Source: Lama glama
Lineage: Eukaryota
Reading direction: 5' to 3'
Assembly: GCA_028534125.1 (NCBI GenBank)
Contig: CM052818.1
Span: 13,084,001-13,148,000 of the forward strand
DNA: 64,000 bases
Shown one piece after another: positions 1 through 14,600 of this stretch. The notes beneath the pieces are model-generated. The model ran no database searches, was not told where the DNA came from, and saw nothing but the letters and a program-made list of their open reading frames with translations. The first letter of the stretch is position 1. Every line of letters starts with the position of its first letter. A program made the translations under genes and the position numbers.

Positions 1-2175
1 CCAGTTATTCAACATGGTGTTCGAAGTCCTAGTCATAGAAATAAGACAAGAAAAAGAAATAAAAGAAATACAGATTGGAAAGAAAGAAGTAAAAGTGTCA
101 CTGTTTGCAGATGATACTATATGGAGAAAATCCTACACACACCACCAAAAAACTAATAAAGCTCATCAATGAATTTAGCAAAGCTGCAGGAAACAAGATT
201 AATACATATAATTTGTTGCTTTTCTATACACTAATAATGAACTATCAAAGAGAAAGTAAGGAAACAATGACACTTAAAATTGCATCAAAAGCATGAAATA
301 CACAGGAATAAATTTAACCAAGGAGGCAAAAGACCTATAGTCTGAAAAGAATAAAATACTAATGAAGGAAATTGAGGATGATACAAACAAACGGAAGGAT
401 ATCTCATATTCATGGGTTGGAAGAAATAATATTCTTAAAATGTCCATACGACCCCAAAGCAACCTACATATTTAATGCAATCCTATTCAAAATACCCATG
501 ACATTTTTCACAGTACTAGAACAAATAACCCTGAAATTTAAATGGCATCACAAAAGACCCCAAATACCAAATCAATCTTAACAAAAAACCAAAGCTGGAG
601 GTATCACACCCTGAGTTCAGAGTATTACAGAGCTACAGCAATCAAAACAGTATGGTACTGGCACAAAAACAGACAACATAGATCAATGGAACAGAATAGA
701 GAGTACAGAAATAAACCCACACATTTATGGTCAATTAATCTATGATGAAAGAGTTAAGAATATATAATGGGGAAAAGACAGTCTCTTCAATAAATAGTGC
801 TGGGAAAACTGAACAGCTACATGTGAAAGAATGAAATTAGAACATTCTCATACCATATACAAAAATAAACTCAAAATGGGTTAAAAACCTAAATGTAAGA
901 CCAGAAACTATAAAACAAAGTGAAAAATAGGCAGAACACTCTGACATAAATTGTAGCAATGTTTTTTTGGGGAGAGAATCTGTCTCCTGAGGAAAACAAA
1001 AGCAAACATAAGCAAATGGGACCTAATGAAACTGCACAGCAAGGGAAACCATCAACAAAGTGAAAAGACAACTTATTTAATGGGAAAAATATTTTCAAAT
1101 GATATGACCAATAAGGGATTAATATTCAAAATATATAAGCAGCTCATAAAATTCAGTATCAAAAAACAACCTGATTAAAAAATGGACAGAAGACCTGAAT
1201 AGACATTTTTCCAAAGAAGACACAGAGATGGCCAGCAGGCACACAAAAAGATGCTCAACATCATTAATCATCAGAGAAATGCAAATCAAAACCAAAATGA
1301 GATACCACCTAGAATGGTTATCATCAAAAAGACCACGAATAACAAATGTTGATGAGGATGTGGAGAAAAGGGAATCTTTGTACACTATTGGTGGGAAAGT
1401 AAATTGGTGCAGACACTATGGAAAACAGTAAGGAGATTCCTCAAAAAATTAAAAACAGAACTACCATATGATCCAGCAATTCCACTCCTAGCTATTTATC
1501 CAAAGAAAATGAAAACAGTAATCTGAAAAGATAAATGCACCCCTATATTCACTGCAGCATTATTTACAATAGTTAAGATATGGAAGCAACCTAAGTGCTC
1601 ATCAATAGATAAATGGATAAAGATCATGTGAGATATATGTATATAAATGAAATATTACTCAGCCATAAAAAAGAATGAAAATTTGCCATTTCCAACAACA
1701 TGGACAGAACTGGAAAGTGTTATGCCTAGTGGAATAAAGTAGGGAAAGAAAAACACTGATGTTATCATTTATATGTGGAATCTTAAAAAAAAAAAGGATG
1801 AATATAACTAAATAGAAACAGACTCATAGATGTAGAGAAAAAAACTAGTAGATGCCAGTGGGGCAAGGAAAGGGGAAGGGCAAGGTAGGGGTAGGGGGTT
1901 AGGAGGTACAAACTACTAGGTATTGAAATAAATAAGCTAAAAGAATATATTGTGCAGTATAAGGAATATAGCCAATAATTTATAATAACTTTAAATGGAG
2001 TATAATCTATAAAAATTTTTAATAACCATGTTGTACACTTTGAATTAATATTGTAAATAAACTATAACTTCACCTGGAACTAATATTGTAAATCAACTAT
2101 ACCTTCAATTAAAAAATTAATAAAAAACATTCAAAAAATTATATATGAGAATTATTAAATGAAAATAAAATAAAT
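1..2175 (+). mobile_element. LINE-1: decayed ORF2 C-terminal part, 3'UTR and A-rich tail (cut by the window edge); cetartiodactyl-type 3'UTR
   Basis: ORF2-like peptides are split across frames ([45 protein letters not shown]) with stops and frameshifts. A G-rich 3'UTR tract lies at ~1860-1905 and an A-rich end at ~2107-2175. Confidence 0.95.
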
Positions 2176-3265
2176 CATGAATTCTGATACTGTAAGCAAA
2201 CACCCTAGATTAGGAAACAAAAGCATCCCTTCAAATCACTGAAGAAGATAAAACACATGTTACCACTTCCTCCTTTCATCACATGATATCTGGGAGCTCT
2301 CCTTCCATGAAAATTGAGACTTAGGATACTTTTTAGTATTGTCCTTAAAATAACTGACTTCTTCAGAATTAAGGGGAAAAAGTGAAGCCATTCAAAATTT
2401 TAAAAGATCATCAAAACAAAAAAGCACTCATATTACTTATGGTCTCTGAGTAAAATTATTCTAATTCATAATGTGAGTTTTAAGAGAACTAGCAAGATGA
2501 AGCTATTGTGATTAAGTTATCATCTTGCTATTTTGTGATTATATTTTATTTATTACTGTTTTAGTAAAATTACTTTAATCAACACTCTGGAAGTTTCCAT
2601 TCTGTTGCCTTGTAGAAGTACATTTTAAAAAGTTTAACAGGAATAAAAGAATATTATGTTTTTATATTTTATCATATAAAACATAGGCTTCCCACTTAGA
2701 TATAAATCAGATATAATGCATTTGTAACAAACATTAGAGTCCAGCCCTCTTACCTATTATAGGAAGCTGACTATGAAAGCCTAAAGATTGATCGGCTAAA
2801 ATGGTTTCCTGTTAGTTAAAGGTGTTTAATTTTTTATAAGTCCTGAAGTGAGGTCAAACTATCAACAGTGCATCAGACCTCATGAGCATGCATAGCTGGT
2901 TCAGGAGGCAGGATGAATTCTCTTTCCTTACTGTGTAGCAGGAGAAGTTGCTTTGCTTAATCTCATCAGGAAAATAATACTTTGTTCAGATTGACCAGTC
3001 TTCATTCTGACATACTGCAATACTACACCAGTAAACAAATAAAAGCTCAGAGTAGAAGACATTTTTAAAGGTCACCTTGACAAATCTTTTCCAAAAGATT
3101 CCTGTGAATGGGCTTAGAAATGCTCAGAGACTCTCTGCTTTGCTCTAATAGGTAATATTTAGTTGACTGTATTCAGAGAAAAGTACATTTTTAATTTAAA
3201 TAAAGTAAATGATCTATTCAATACTGATTTAAAATATTAGCCAGTTTCCTGGATTTATAGAACTT

Positions 3266-3310
3266 CAGTCATTTATTCACTCAACAAATATTTACTGAGT
3301 ACCTACCAGA
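3266..3310 (-). mobile_element. L2 3' tail fragment
   Basis: cattTATTCACTCAACAAATATTTACTGAGTACCTAC resembles the reverse complement of the L2 3' end. Confidence 0.65.
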
Positions 3311-3364
3311 GATAATAGCCCATACTATGCCAGTTGGTATCTGTAACAGTAAATTTTTGAAAGA

Positions 3365-3592
3365 GAAGCACAGTTAAGTTTGTACTGTAGGGTCACAATG
3401 CCTAGGTTCAGATTCTTGATCTGACACTGAGCAGGTTCAGGACCTCTCTGCGCCTCAGTTTCATCTGTAAAATGTGGGCAGTAATGGTGCAACGGTACCT
3501 CAGTCTACGCATTTGGTTACTCACATGAAAGCTTTTACAGCAGTGCCTGGCCCACGTTACGTGCTCTCTAAATACTTGCTGTCATTATCATG
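3365..3592 (+). mobile_element. MIR SINE
   Basis: Core 'ctctctgcgcctcagtttcatctgtaaaatg' and tail 'cagtgcctggcccacgttacgtgctctctaaatac'. Confidence 0.8.
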
Positions 3593-3667
3593 AATGTTTT
3601 TGCTTGGTTTGACAACACATTTTGTAACTTGTTTGTCAGTCTACTTTCACATGTTTATTAGTTAGAG

Positions 3668-3885
3668 CAGTTCTGAACCTGAGGTGATTTGGCCCTCCAG
3701 CGGGGGACATTTGGCAAAGATGTCTGCAGACATTTTTAGCTGTCAAAACTGGGCAGTATCTGTGGGCATCTAGTGGGTGGCGGCCAAGGACACTGCTGAC
3801 TGTCTGACAATGCATAGGACAGCCCCCTACAACGAAGAGCTACCCAGCCCCCAAATGTCAATAGTGCTCAATTTGAGAAACCCTG
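3668..3885. mobile_element. MER20 (hAT-Charlie MITE), near full length
   Basis: 'gggggacatttggcaa', 'ggcatctagtgggtgg', 'aatgtcaatagtgc...tgagaaaccctg'. The 8-bp flanks AGTTAGAG (3660-3667) and ATTTAGAG (3886-3893) match 7/8, as expected for a hAT target-site duplication. Confidence 0.9.
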
Positions 3886-6249
3886 ATTTAGAGAAAGAAG
3901 TATGTTGGAAAACTGCCAAGCCAAATTTCTGGTGATAGCTCTGTAGCAGATTTTGCATTTGAAGACAGGTCACTCACGTGATTTGGAGTTTATGATGCTT
4001 TTAAAGGAAACACAGCCTCAGCCCTCAAGGACTCAAAGTATAAAGGCATCCTTATTTCCACCCCCAAACAGGAAAGTGCTCTTTCTAACAAAAGGAACAG
4101 AATTAAAAATACCTGATACATCCTCTGTAACAACATGAGCAGAAACAAAATTCTTACTGGACAGGCACAGGGCAGGAGTCCAAAGAACAAAAGCTCTCAG
4201 AGTGGAGAGAAACAGCACGCTGCAGCGCCGTGAAAATCGAGACACCAATCCCACAGAGAATAAAGTTGGCAGAACGGGCTTTGTGGACATGATGGAAGAA
4301 GATGGAACTTCCTCAGCCATTCAATAGGTAGTCTATTTAAGTAGTCACACTAAGAAAGAATAAAATTCCCAGCAAATAGAAATCAGGGCCCTGACACTTG
4401 AAACAACATCTCAGTGCAGACGAGAGCATCCTGTGACAGGCAGGCAGAGGGGACTCGGAGGGAGTGAACTCCGGACCCAAACAGGGCCCTTTCTCTCCTT
4501 CACATGCAGCTAAGGGCTGTGGTCTGTTGACATGTTTGTCCCCTCAGTAGGTAGAAGACTCCTTGTGGACACGTCTTGGTCATCACAGCTCTCAATTACT
4601 AAGACCCTACTACATGTTAGGACTCCCCTAAGTGTTGTCAGTTAAAAGATTATTAAGACTAGCTCACACAAGCTGCTACTATAGGTTAAAGTCTATTAAG
4701 ACACAAACTGTGATGATTTTTTCTTTTGGTTTGGGGCCCTGAAGGTCTTCCATTCTTTGTACTCATCATTTTGCTCCTGGGAGAGCCTGGAGATCTGAGG
4801 AGGATCAGGGTGGTTTGGAATGGCCCACGGGCTCTGAGGGCTCAGAACAGAAGTGTGTGAATATTAATAACGCCTACAGAGGAACCGGTGCACCCCAGCC
4901 GAACATCAGCCTCGGGCCCCATTTGACTTTGTCCACTGCGGGTCCAGAACTGCGGCCACAAGTTACATGAAGTCTGCATCTCTAATAACCCAAGGATTTT
5001 GAGACTTGAGATTTTATAATGCCATCTAAAGAATTTGTTGAGAGTTGCTAACAATTCACTTTGAAATACTGCATGAGTCATGACATAAACAAAACGCAGT
5101 AGGGTTCTAGCTAAATACAGTTATTAAGAGAACAGTTTATTTCCGGGTTCTAACTTTCTTCTCTTTGGGTCTGGAGTCCCAGTGATACTTTTCTGGATCC
5201 CATGCTTTCCATGTCCCACACTAGTGTGACCCAGGATGTCACTCTCTTGATTTTGTTTCCTTATTCCCTCATACGCTTTCTCTTGTTCTGGAATAGGTTT
5301 TGGAAAAAGCTTGCTTCAGTCCTGGCTCTGCTGATGAACAAGTCATGATCACGTGAACTCTGCTTTCATGGCTTGACAAATGGGTGTAATGGCCCTGACC
5401 ACTCACTGTAAGGTGAGCCGATACAGACTCTTGTTCATAGCCCTATCACATTTTACAGTAATGTTTAATGTATCCAAAGCAACTTGAGGTGACTGCACTT
5501 GATGTTTATTATCTCTGTAATCATAATGACTGACATCCTATCTACACAGGTAGTTGCTCAATAAACTTAATGTATCAAAGGATGATCAAAATCTATGTAT
5601 GAGACTGGCTTTTCCTCTGTCATCTCAGAAATATCTGTGTAAATGTGTACATGGTAACTAGTAGGTGCTCAACTATTTGTCAGGTAACTAAAGCACACTT
5701 CTAGAGTGCTGAATGGCCTGAAATGGACATTTCTGTGATGGCCCATATTTTGAGCGTACACAATTTAAGTCTACACAATTTAAACACAGACTAAATTCCC
5801 ACTATTTTTTATCTCTCATTAATCAGTTATTATTTGAGCAAAATAAATTTATCCTGAAAATCTTGAGTCAGTCCTGTCTATTTCTAAAGCTATAGTGAAG
5901 CTCAAATTTGTTAAACAAAAAAACCCCCCACAGTAACTGAAGAGATTATCAGGAATGGCCAGCAGACCAAAAGTGGAAATAAGACATTATTACTGAGGCA
6001 TCCAAAGCATGTGCTGATTTCCATCAAAATCATTATGTAATGCCAAACATCAAGTAGTGAATATAAAAAAGTTATCATCAAAAGTGATACTATTCTGTGT
6101 CATTAGCTAATTCATAGGCTAATCTATAAGTATCCAGGTATTCCCAGCTAAGGAAGCCAAAACGTAATATTTATTTACTCACTCCTCATTTATTATGTCA
6201 CATAATGGCTGAGGTTGAGGTCTGTTGAATCACAGCTGAGGTGGTAAGG

Positions 6250-6770
6250 AGCTTCAGTTTAGAGAACCTGAAACTTTAAACAGTTGTCCTGTTCAGGAGG
6301 ATGTTCACCCAGAATGCAAGGGACAGAGTAGCAAGGACTGAGGCTGCCACGAAGGGCAGGAGTCAGCTCATGGAGAACGTTGTGTACCATACGAAGGATC
6401 TGAAACTTTCTCTGTGCTGAGGCATGAGCTGCGTGATGAGGTCTGATTTGGTTTTATGGATTGCTGCAGTAATAATGTGGAGAATGATTTGGGTGGGACA
6501 AGACTAGCTGAGATGAAGTCCAAGTAGAAGATGAACAAAGAGGTTCAAATGAAAAATGATTATCCATCACTTACACAGGACAATAGCAGAAGGAGTAAAA
6601 AGGATGATACTGATGGATTAAAGGGCAGGACCTTTAGAGCCTTAATATTTATTTGAATGCAGACAGAGAGGCTGAAAGAGGAATCCAGGATGGCTCCCAG
6701 TTTTCTGGCTGGGTACCAGCTAAATAAATGGTCATGCCATTAACCAGGTAGGAAATGCCAGGGGAAGTTA
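6250..6770 (-). mobile_element. L2 LINE relic
   Basis: Purine-rich L2-like text such as 'gaggaatccaggatggctcccagttttctggct...atggtcatgccattaacc'. Confidence 0.65.
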
Positions 6771-8259
6771 TATGTCAAACTCTTTTAGATTTTAAAATCA
6801 AGATCAAAGAGGTCATTAACAACGTAAAACGCAAAAGCATCTTTCTCACAAATACCTCCCAAAAATGGTTTTCTTATGATATGTAAAATAAGCATTTGCA
6901 AAATATTTAAAATGTAAATGATTTTAAGTCCATACCATGATGAAAACATGTTCTTGGAAGGAAAAGAAAATAATTCTGAAATATCTATGACTCCAGGTGA
7001 AACTTGCAGATATTTAAATACAGTTTCCAGGAAAAAAAAAACAATAAATGAAAGTAATTACGGGGGTTAGCAGGATGCCTTTTGACAAGAATTAGAGAGG
7101 GCAGACCCCAGGAAGAAAAGAATTACTATCTTGAAAGGGCGCAAACAGCAAACACCCTGTATCTCTGTAGCCAGAGCAACAACGGAGAACAATGATGGAC
7201 TGGTTAAAAACAATAGCTGTTAAACAATAGGTAGGAAATGTGGACAATTAGAGTTACGTTCATTCTGCTTCTAGGTAGAGGAGTTTATGTGCTTAATTCT
7301 TGTCTTGTATTAACTATACACCTCCCAGTGAGAAACACTGACATTTCTAGAAAAAAAAGAAAAATGATACAGATCTAAATGGCTTTCCAATCAGGCTGAC
7401 GTTAAAAAGTAAAAGTTTACGGCACTGTTGCTGAGACAAACATATCTGAATATTTCTAAGTCTCGGGCTTATAAAAAAGGAACGTGGGGGAGCATGAGTA
7501 GGACTGAGAATCAGGGCATGGAACTGAAATGCCAGTGTAGATGCGAAAGCAAGAAGGTAATGCTAACTGACACTGCATTTGGCTTGCAGAGCAGAGCCGA
7601 CTGTGTTAAATACTCAGACTCTTTAGAGCCCAGTGGAAGACATGAAGCTAGAGCCCCGGGGACTAAACAGATATTGAAGACAAATACTCGTTGAGCTGAC
7701 TAAGAACTATTACACTGTGAGGTGGTGTTTACTGCCCTGGCTTTGGCCTAAGGAAGGGTCTACAGTTTCTTCAAGCAGCCTCCAGTCCACAAAGCTCCCG
7801 CACAAGATGGGAAGGTCAAGATAGGAGAGAGGTCAACAGAGAGGTGGAGAGAGTCAGCTTCATCCAAGGGTGGCGGCCGCCCCAGTGTACGCAGGCATAA
7901 CACAGATCAGTACAGCTGCCTGTCAGACCGCAGCTCCACCCAGGCCATTTGCTGGAAGCTGAGTCTCGGAGGTTTGCAATGATCTGACTCTTAAAGGTTT
8001 ACAGAAACGAGAGTGGCCCAAACGAATCCAGGCCGTGCAGCCTCTGCACACGAGGTTGTACCAGAACCACCAGCAGGGAGACAAGAGGTCTCCCATTACT
8101 GACAAGGCCATTAGAACCCAAAAGGAAACATCACAAACACACGAGCTCAGTTTTCACAAACAGCTCTTACTCTAGGGAAGGACGACAGTAAGTGATTTGA
8201 AAATACGTCTACTTGTGCACTACTTCCTAACATAAATAATTCTCCTTCCCTACCTTTAA

Positions 8260-9450
8260 GTCTTGGAGGGTCCCAGGGCACAGTGCACACACCACTTCTC
8301 TTTTTTCTCAATGCTCATTCACAGAAATTTCTAATTCAGTCCCATAGCCATGGATTCTTTCAAATTCTTATATATCTAACCCTTTCCCATGAGTTCCATA
8401 TATGCACATATGTATGACATCTCCTTGTTGATGTCCAACATCTCAACATCACCACGCCCAAAATAGAACTTGATTCCCCTGCACCCCCTAATCTGTTCCT
8501 CCCAGTCTTCCCATCTCAGTAAAAAGCACCAGCAATCATACAGTTGCTTAGATCAAAATCCAGGGACCATCCTTGATTCTTCCCAGGACCGCGACACTCT
8601 ACCACCCCTGGGCTGCCATTCACCACAAGGTCTATGTAAACAGCTCCTCCTGGGGCCTGTGAAGCCATGTGTGGTCTCTTTCCTTTATATTTCACGTCCA
8701 ATCTGTCAGAAAGCACTCTCAGCTCTACTTCAAAACATAGCACTGTGAACCCCACACCTCCGCACCATTTCCACCCCTGGTTCAGGCTATCATCAGCCCG
8801 CTTAGTCTACCAAAGTAGACTACTTGATGAGTGCACCTGTGTCCCCTCTCCCTGTCTACTTTCTTCAGTCTGGTCTCAACCCAGCATTCACAGAGACCTT
8901 TGGAAAATGTAAACAGATGGTATCACACCCTTGCCTGATTCCTCCAGTGGTTTTCCATCAACTCAGACCTAAATCCACACACATGACCTTGGTCAAACAG
9001 CGCACCGGGTCTGTTCCCTGCCTGTCTCTCTGACTTCATCTCTTCTTTCTCTTCATCTCACTCATTCTGTTCCAGTCATTCCAGCCTTCCAGCTCCTGTG
9101 TCCTCAAACATGCCTATCTCATTCCTACCTGAGGCTCTTTTGTCCTTGCTGGTCTCACTTACAGCAAGACTTTTCCAGCCATAATCCTTTCCTTCCTTGG
9201 GCTCACCTCCTCAGAGAGGCTTCTTCTAACTCCAAGTAAAATACCTTTTATTCCAGTCACTCTCCAATTCTGTATCCTGCTTTTATTTTCTTTACAGTGA
9301 TGGTCACTACAGACAATACATGTTTATGGTTTTCAAATAATAGTCCACCTACTAAAATGCAGTCCACATGAATTTCTTATTCAGGGTAGTATCACCATTG
9401 TCTAAAATAGTATCTGTATACAAGAGATGCTTAAAAAATATTTGAGGGAT
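8260..9450 (+). mobile_element. L2 LINE relic (3' part)
   Basis: 'catctcaacatcacc...aaaatagaacttgatt', 'tcttcccatctcagtaaa', 'tcacctcctcagagaggctt', ending in an L2-like tail at ~9430-9450. Confidence 0.75.
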
Positions 9451-11395
9451 AAAATATTGAAGGAATGGCCAAAACAAGTCATCAGCCTTCCCCGACCTCC
9501 AGAAATCCCATTCTCTGCATGGCGAGTGGTTTTGGTTACATGACGAAAAGCAGAGAAAGCCCACTAATCACTCATCATTGAATAACCACCCCTGAACCAA
9601 TCTAATGGTAAATATCAGCATTTCTCATTCCAAATAGCAAAGTCACTGCTTTTGTCCAGCCTTTATGAGATTCTGAGAATTAAAGAATAACTGAAATAGG
9701 AAACAGTCTCACCTCATCCGTCTGTACAAGCTCTGACCATAACTAGTGCCTCAAACCAAATCTTCCTTGTTAAAACATTTTATTTTTCCTAAAGTCTTTG
9801 GATAAAGAACTTAAGAGGAATAAAAGGGCCAGAATTCTAAGAGCACTACCCAAGTGAAGGACGTGGCTAAACTTAAAAATACATAGCCAACATTTTCTGA
9901 AGAGCTCTGAAAAGTTACATTGAAAGCTTTAAGAAAGGCAAACTTTTAAAAAGAATTTTTAAAAGTTAGAATTTTGGCATTGGTATCAGCCTGGAAAACA
10001 ATCAGGTTAACCAGTAATAATAGGTTTTCCAGGGCTGGCTAGAGCTGTCTTTAAAAAAAAAAGGGGGGAGGGGGATAGCATTTTGCTGCCTGAAAAGAGA
10101 AGTGACCCAGAGACTAATGAACTCCGTAAGCTGCTCACTGTCTGACCCTCAGCCAGTCACCCATCCTCAGTGCTAAGATGGAGGGGCCTGTCAGCCAGCC
10201 TCATGTGGAGGCTGTGAAGGGTGACCGAGAAACCTGACTACAAGGCACTCCGAAAACACCAAGGGCTAGAGAGAGAGGCCTGCTAACTGCTAGGCTGCCA
10301 TCAGTCACCATTTAGCATTGCACATGCATGTGGCTCTGTAAGCTCCCTTCCACCCCTTGGCTCCTCTGATGTCAACCACTCCTGGCTTCTCACCTGCCTA
10401 GTCCGCTCGCTCCTCACTTCCCGATCCACAGGAAACGCGGGAGACTGAACTAGCCTTTGCGTCCCTCTGCTGTTTCCAAAGTAACTTGCACTTCCCCAGT
10501 GAGGGAAGGGACACTGTGTGAACGGCCAACCGAAGGCCTTTCCCCTACTCTTTTCCTTTCCAAGCACACACCGACTATAATTAAAACCACGTATTTGACA
10601 AAGATCATGGGAGAGGGGAATAGTCATATGAAAGACCTGAAAAATAAAGAATTCACTTAATCCTATCAGTGATCTCCCGATTTCTCATTCTTTCATGAAA
10701 TTCCCTCACTTAAGGGAAAAGGGAATTTGATTTTTGAACTCCCCCCAAGCCAGAAATGGTTTTCCTCATTCTTTGATAAATACGGATTTAGCATTTCTCT
10801 TGTCCAGGAAGGACTATACAGTAATTCATGTTTTTTCCAGGCCACCAGCCATCTGGTACCTATTTTAAAGATAAGCCTGCCCCATGTTATCTTCCCACAA
10901 TCTCTTGAAGACATGCAGGAACAGCCAGGACACAAAAGCAGTATAATCAGCCATTCACTAAAGTATAGATTCGGTCACCATACACACGCGTTTCAGAATT
11001 TTCAGAAATTTACCAACTGTTAGCACCACAACAACTGTCTTCCTGTATGAGAGGACTTGTCTTTTCAAGTCAAATGCAAGCATCCTGATCTTCAACAAAA
11101 ATCATTCCAAAGCTACGTGGTCTGTTAGGAAAAAATGCCTTTGCCTCTTGCTCAGCTACTCCCCACAGCACTTTTCAAATCCCAGATACTGATAACTCAG
11201 CACAGGTCTGGGATGATGAGACAAAGGAACATAAACCAGTGGGAAAAAAAATCATACTTATTGAGAAAAGTATCTGTATATAATAAATTCTGTCTGCACA
11301 AGTGAAAATGTATGTAACAACAGGAGAGACCGATTAAAAAAATAACGTTAAGAGATAACCCAAGCAACTGACAAATAAATGATTTTAGTGGAGGA

Positions 11396-11622
11396 CGGGA
11401 GTCAGCAAACTACTGCCAGAGTTAAATCCAGCCTCTTTTACCTGTTTTAAAAACAAAGTCTCATTAGAAGACAGCCAAACACATTTATTTAGATACTCTG
11501 AGCTGGTTTCCGCTGTTCTGGTGCTATGATGACGGACAACCTGTGGTTGCATCATGCTACATGTTTTGAAATCTGAAAATGTTTACTATCTGCCCCTTTA
11601 CTAAAAAAAGCAGCAACCCCTG
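11396..11622. mobile_element. MER58A-like hAT-Charlie MITE
   Basis: Ends 'gggagtcagcaaacta' and 'aatgtttactatctgcccctttactaaaaaaagcagcaacccctg'. Confidence 0.8.
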
Positions 11623-14600
11623 TTATAGAAGATAAAAAGGTCACTGCAGACAGGAAGTTTCTGGAGGAGGAGGAGGCAGGCAGCTTAAAGAGAAACTACA
11701 AATGAACCAGAAGATAAGTGAGAAGCAGACAAATATTCTTTCCTGTGTAATCATTTATCTGGGGCCTAGAAATGTCCTTAAGATTGATAAAAGGATGAGA
11801 TCTTCCCATGCTGAGAAAATCGTTACTAGAGCGATGAAAATGCTCAGTGAATAGCAAAACAGATGGACGAGAAAATAAACTGGGTTTCTCAGCTAATTTC
11901 CAGTTCACACCCCAAAGACACCACCCCAGAGGTTTGTGTTGGGTGCTGAGGGCAGTGGTCATGGTGTTTTCATCGCTGTCTTGCTTCAAGAGAAAGATAC
12001 TTGCCACGTGACAAGTTTCAGCAAAATGGGAAGAATGCTAGACTAGTGGTAACAGGAAATCTGGACACAAACCTGGCCTCCACCCATTAGTGAACATACT
12101 CTCACTGGCAAAAGACAGGGACTCATAAGGGCCAAGCTCAGAATGGGGATCAGTATCAAGACGGACTCGATGTTGGTCCGACATCCAGGACCTCAGCTGA
12201 TACTCAGGTTTTGGTTACTGCTTATGACAAAAACCCACCTCCAGGGTGGGATGGAGATTCAGTCATCACATCCTGTGCGCTGTCTGCACCCTGGGGCACA
12301 TCCAGCTGCAAGGCTCACAGACTCTCCTACATCATCCATCCTGCTGTGCTCCAAGCTGTTTCTCACAGAAAGAAAGGCCCATTTTAAGGCTATAACCTCA
12401 TCATTTAAAAGAAGAAAGAACCTATACAAATTAAAAAACTGGATACTATCCTTTTGATGAACGACAGTTTCTCCTTGGGCCCTAAAGACTTAAAACCAGT
12501 AGGACTGATGCCTTCAAACAGAATTATCATGAAAGATACATATAAAATAAAAACCATAATTTAATACAGCAATAAAGTATTAAAAATCAATGTGATAACA
12601 AAATTGAACATTTTCTACTGGTTTCAAGACCATTTAAAGTCCTGTTGATTCAAATTACTATGGCATCATACAGCCCTGAGAAACCACCCAGAACTGAGAG
12701 ACTTTTCTTGAATGTCTCATCACAGCCCGATAAGTGAGGCTCAAGAACGTTGTCAGCATCAGGATCCCGAGTGGGCACTTAAGTGAAAAACACTGGAAGG
12801 CCAGCTGCCCTCACCTGCTCTCGTGACCACCTGAGGATCTTGTTCTCGAGTGGGAAAGGCTCAGTGTCACTGGGTTGCCTAACCTTTAATAAAACGAATG
12901 CTGTGAGCCAAGCTGAGCCACCTTCTTTACAAGTCGCCATTTAGTACAGGGTCCAGTCTTAAATCGACCTCTCCAGAGTCCTTTCCTATTGGCAAAGAAC
13001 GAGCACTACCGTCACTGTCTGAACCATCTGTGGAACTTAGGGACAAAAGCACGCGAATTTGGCTGGTTAAGGAATTGCACATTAAAACAGGAGTGGGATG
13101 AGGACAGGGGCTGACGAGTGGATGGCACTAGTCCCAAACAATACAACAAATTTCAAAATGCCAAGGTGCTGAAGCCCTCTTTGTCTAAAACTCTGTCAGA
13201 AAGATAGCATCCAAATTCTAACTGTAGCTTCTGTTAACGTTTGGCACTCAGCACACGCTTGGCACCCAAAAGGATAGAGGCCCATCACAGCCACACAATT
13301 TATTTGTGATCAAAGTACTGGAGTGGTGATTTATTTCTGAGTGTTTATTACATTTTTCTTTTATGATATTGCTCTAGTTATAGATATTAAATTTCTTGCC
13401 ATATGAAAATGTTTAAATGAAAAATTCTCTCTTTTTGACATTAAGACACACCTGCTTTGGATGTCCAAAAAAACAGCTGAAATATTCTATTAAAAAGCTT
13501 CATTTCTTAGCACCAGCTTTTATGTAAGTCCAGGATGACTCCCATCTGGTCCTGGGTTTATTAGTTATTTGTTATCTGTCACACATTAGAACTTGTGCCT
13601 CACATGCTGTCCTGTTGCAAATGAGAGGCATTTTAGGTCAAGAAAAGACAGTCCCATACTCCTTTATTTGCTATACTACATTGAAATCAGGTTGACATTT
13701 CTTCTATGATCCTTCCATTTCTGTATCCAATCTTCTCCCTAATAAACTGCTAAGAGCAATAGCTAGCTGAGTAAAACTACCAAAATAATTAGTTCAAGAG
13801 TTTTAAGTAAGGTTAGCTGTCTCCTTGTGTTTTACTGTTCTTTTTTTAAAAAAAAAAAAAAAAGTTGCTCCTACTCCACAAAACTATATTATGGAAGTTA
13901 GTTACAAAAATCTCGAAGCGAATAAACAATTCTCAAAGAGGGCTTGATTATTTGTGTGCCTCAACTATGCACTCCTGAAATCACAAGTATCTGGGGCAAG
14001 TTGATGTCTGTGAGGTTATCAAGAGATTCTCCCAAAGGAAAGAATTAGACCAGGGAGAGATGCTTGAATCAAGAATAATGAAGCACTTTCAAAAGGGAGG
14101 AATAACCCTTGCATAGACAGTCCCTTCGTTCTACCTCCCATTTCTGGGCTCAACACTAGGACCCTGTGGTAAGAAGTACTTCTTCTATAGGCTTTGGGAT
14201 CGCAAGCAGGAGTTGGGGAACTTTCTCAGCCCAGAGAATGTTGGAAACCCTGATCCTAAGAGCTGCGGGGAATGGCCAGTACATCACTGCAGCAGCCAGT
14301 ATACAGCCCAAGTCAGGACCAGATGAGGGCGAACGGGGGACACGTGTACACTTGCGGAGGGAGCTGCTCCCACCGGCAGGCTCACGGGCTGGGAGCACGG
14401 ATCCCATCCATCCACCCAGTCTGCGCCAGCGTGGCCTGAGCAGACACAGCATGCCATCCCTTTCAGAAACGCCACATGGATAAATGTGGGTGGCTTGTTT
14501 TTCAAAGTACTCCACTGCTTATCAGTGTGGAAACTACTCTGTGGAATTTCTAGATTAAACTCCAAAATAAACCCTAAATCTCCTATTAAGAATTATTTAC

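Noticed and set aside
105..1431. Cluster of ORFs with reverse-transcriptase-like peptides
   Set aside because: These are frameshifted, stop-interrupted pieces of a dead L1 ORF2 and their antisense shadows, not genes.
10052..10082. 'gggggagggggatagc' resembling the start of a camelid tRNA-derived SINE
   Set aside because: The similarity stops after about 15 bp, with no A/B boxes or SINE body.
14156..14565. Three overlapping ORFs of 93-119 aa
   Set aside because: No recognisable domain or exon boundaries; the locally high GC content explains the lack of stops.
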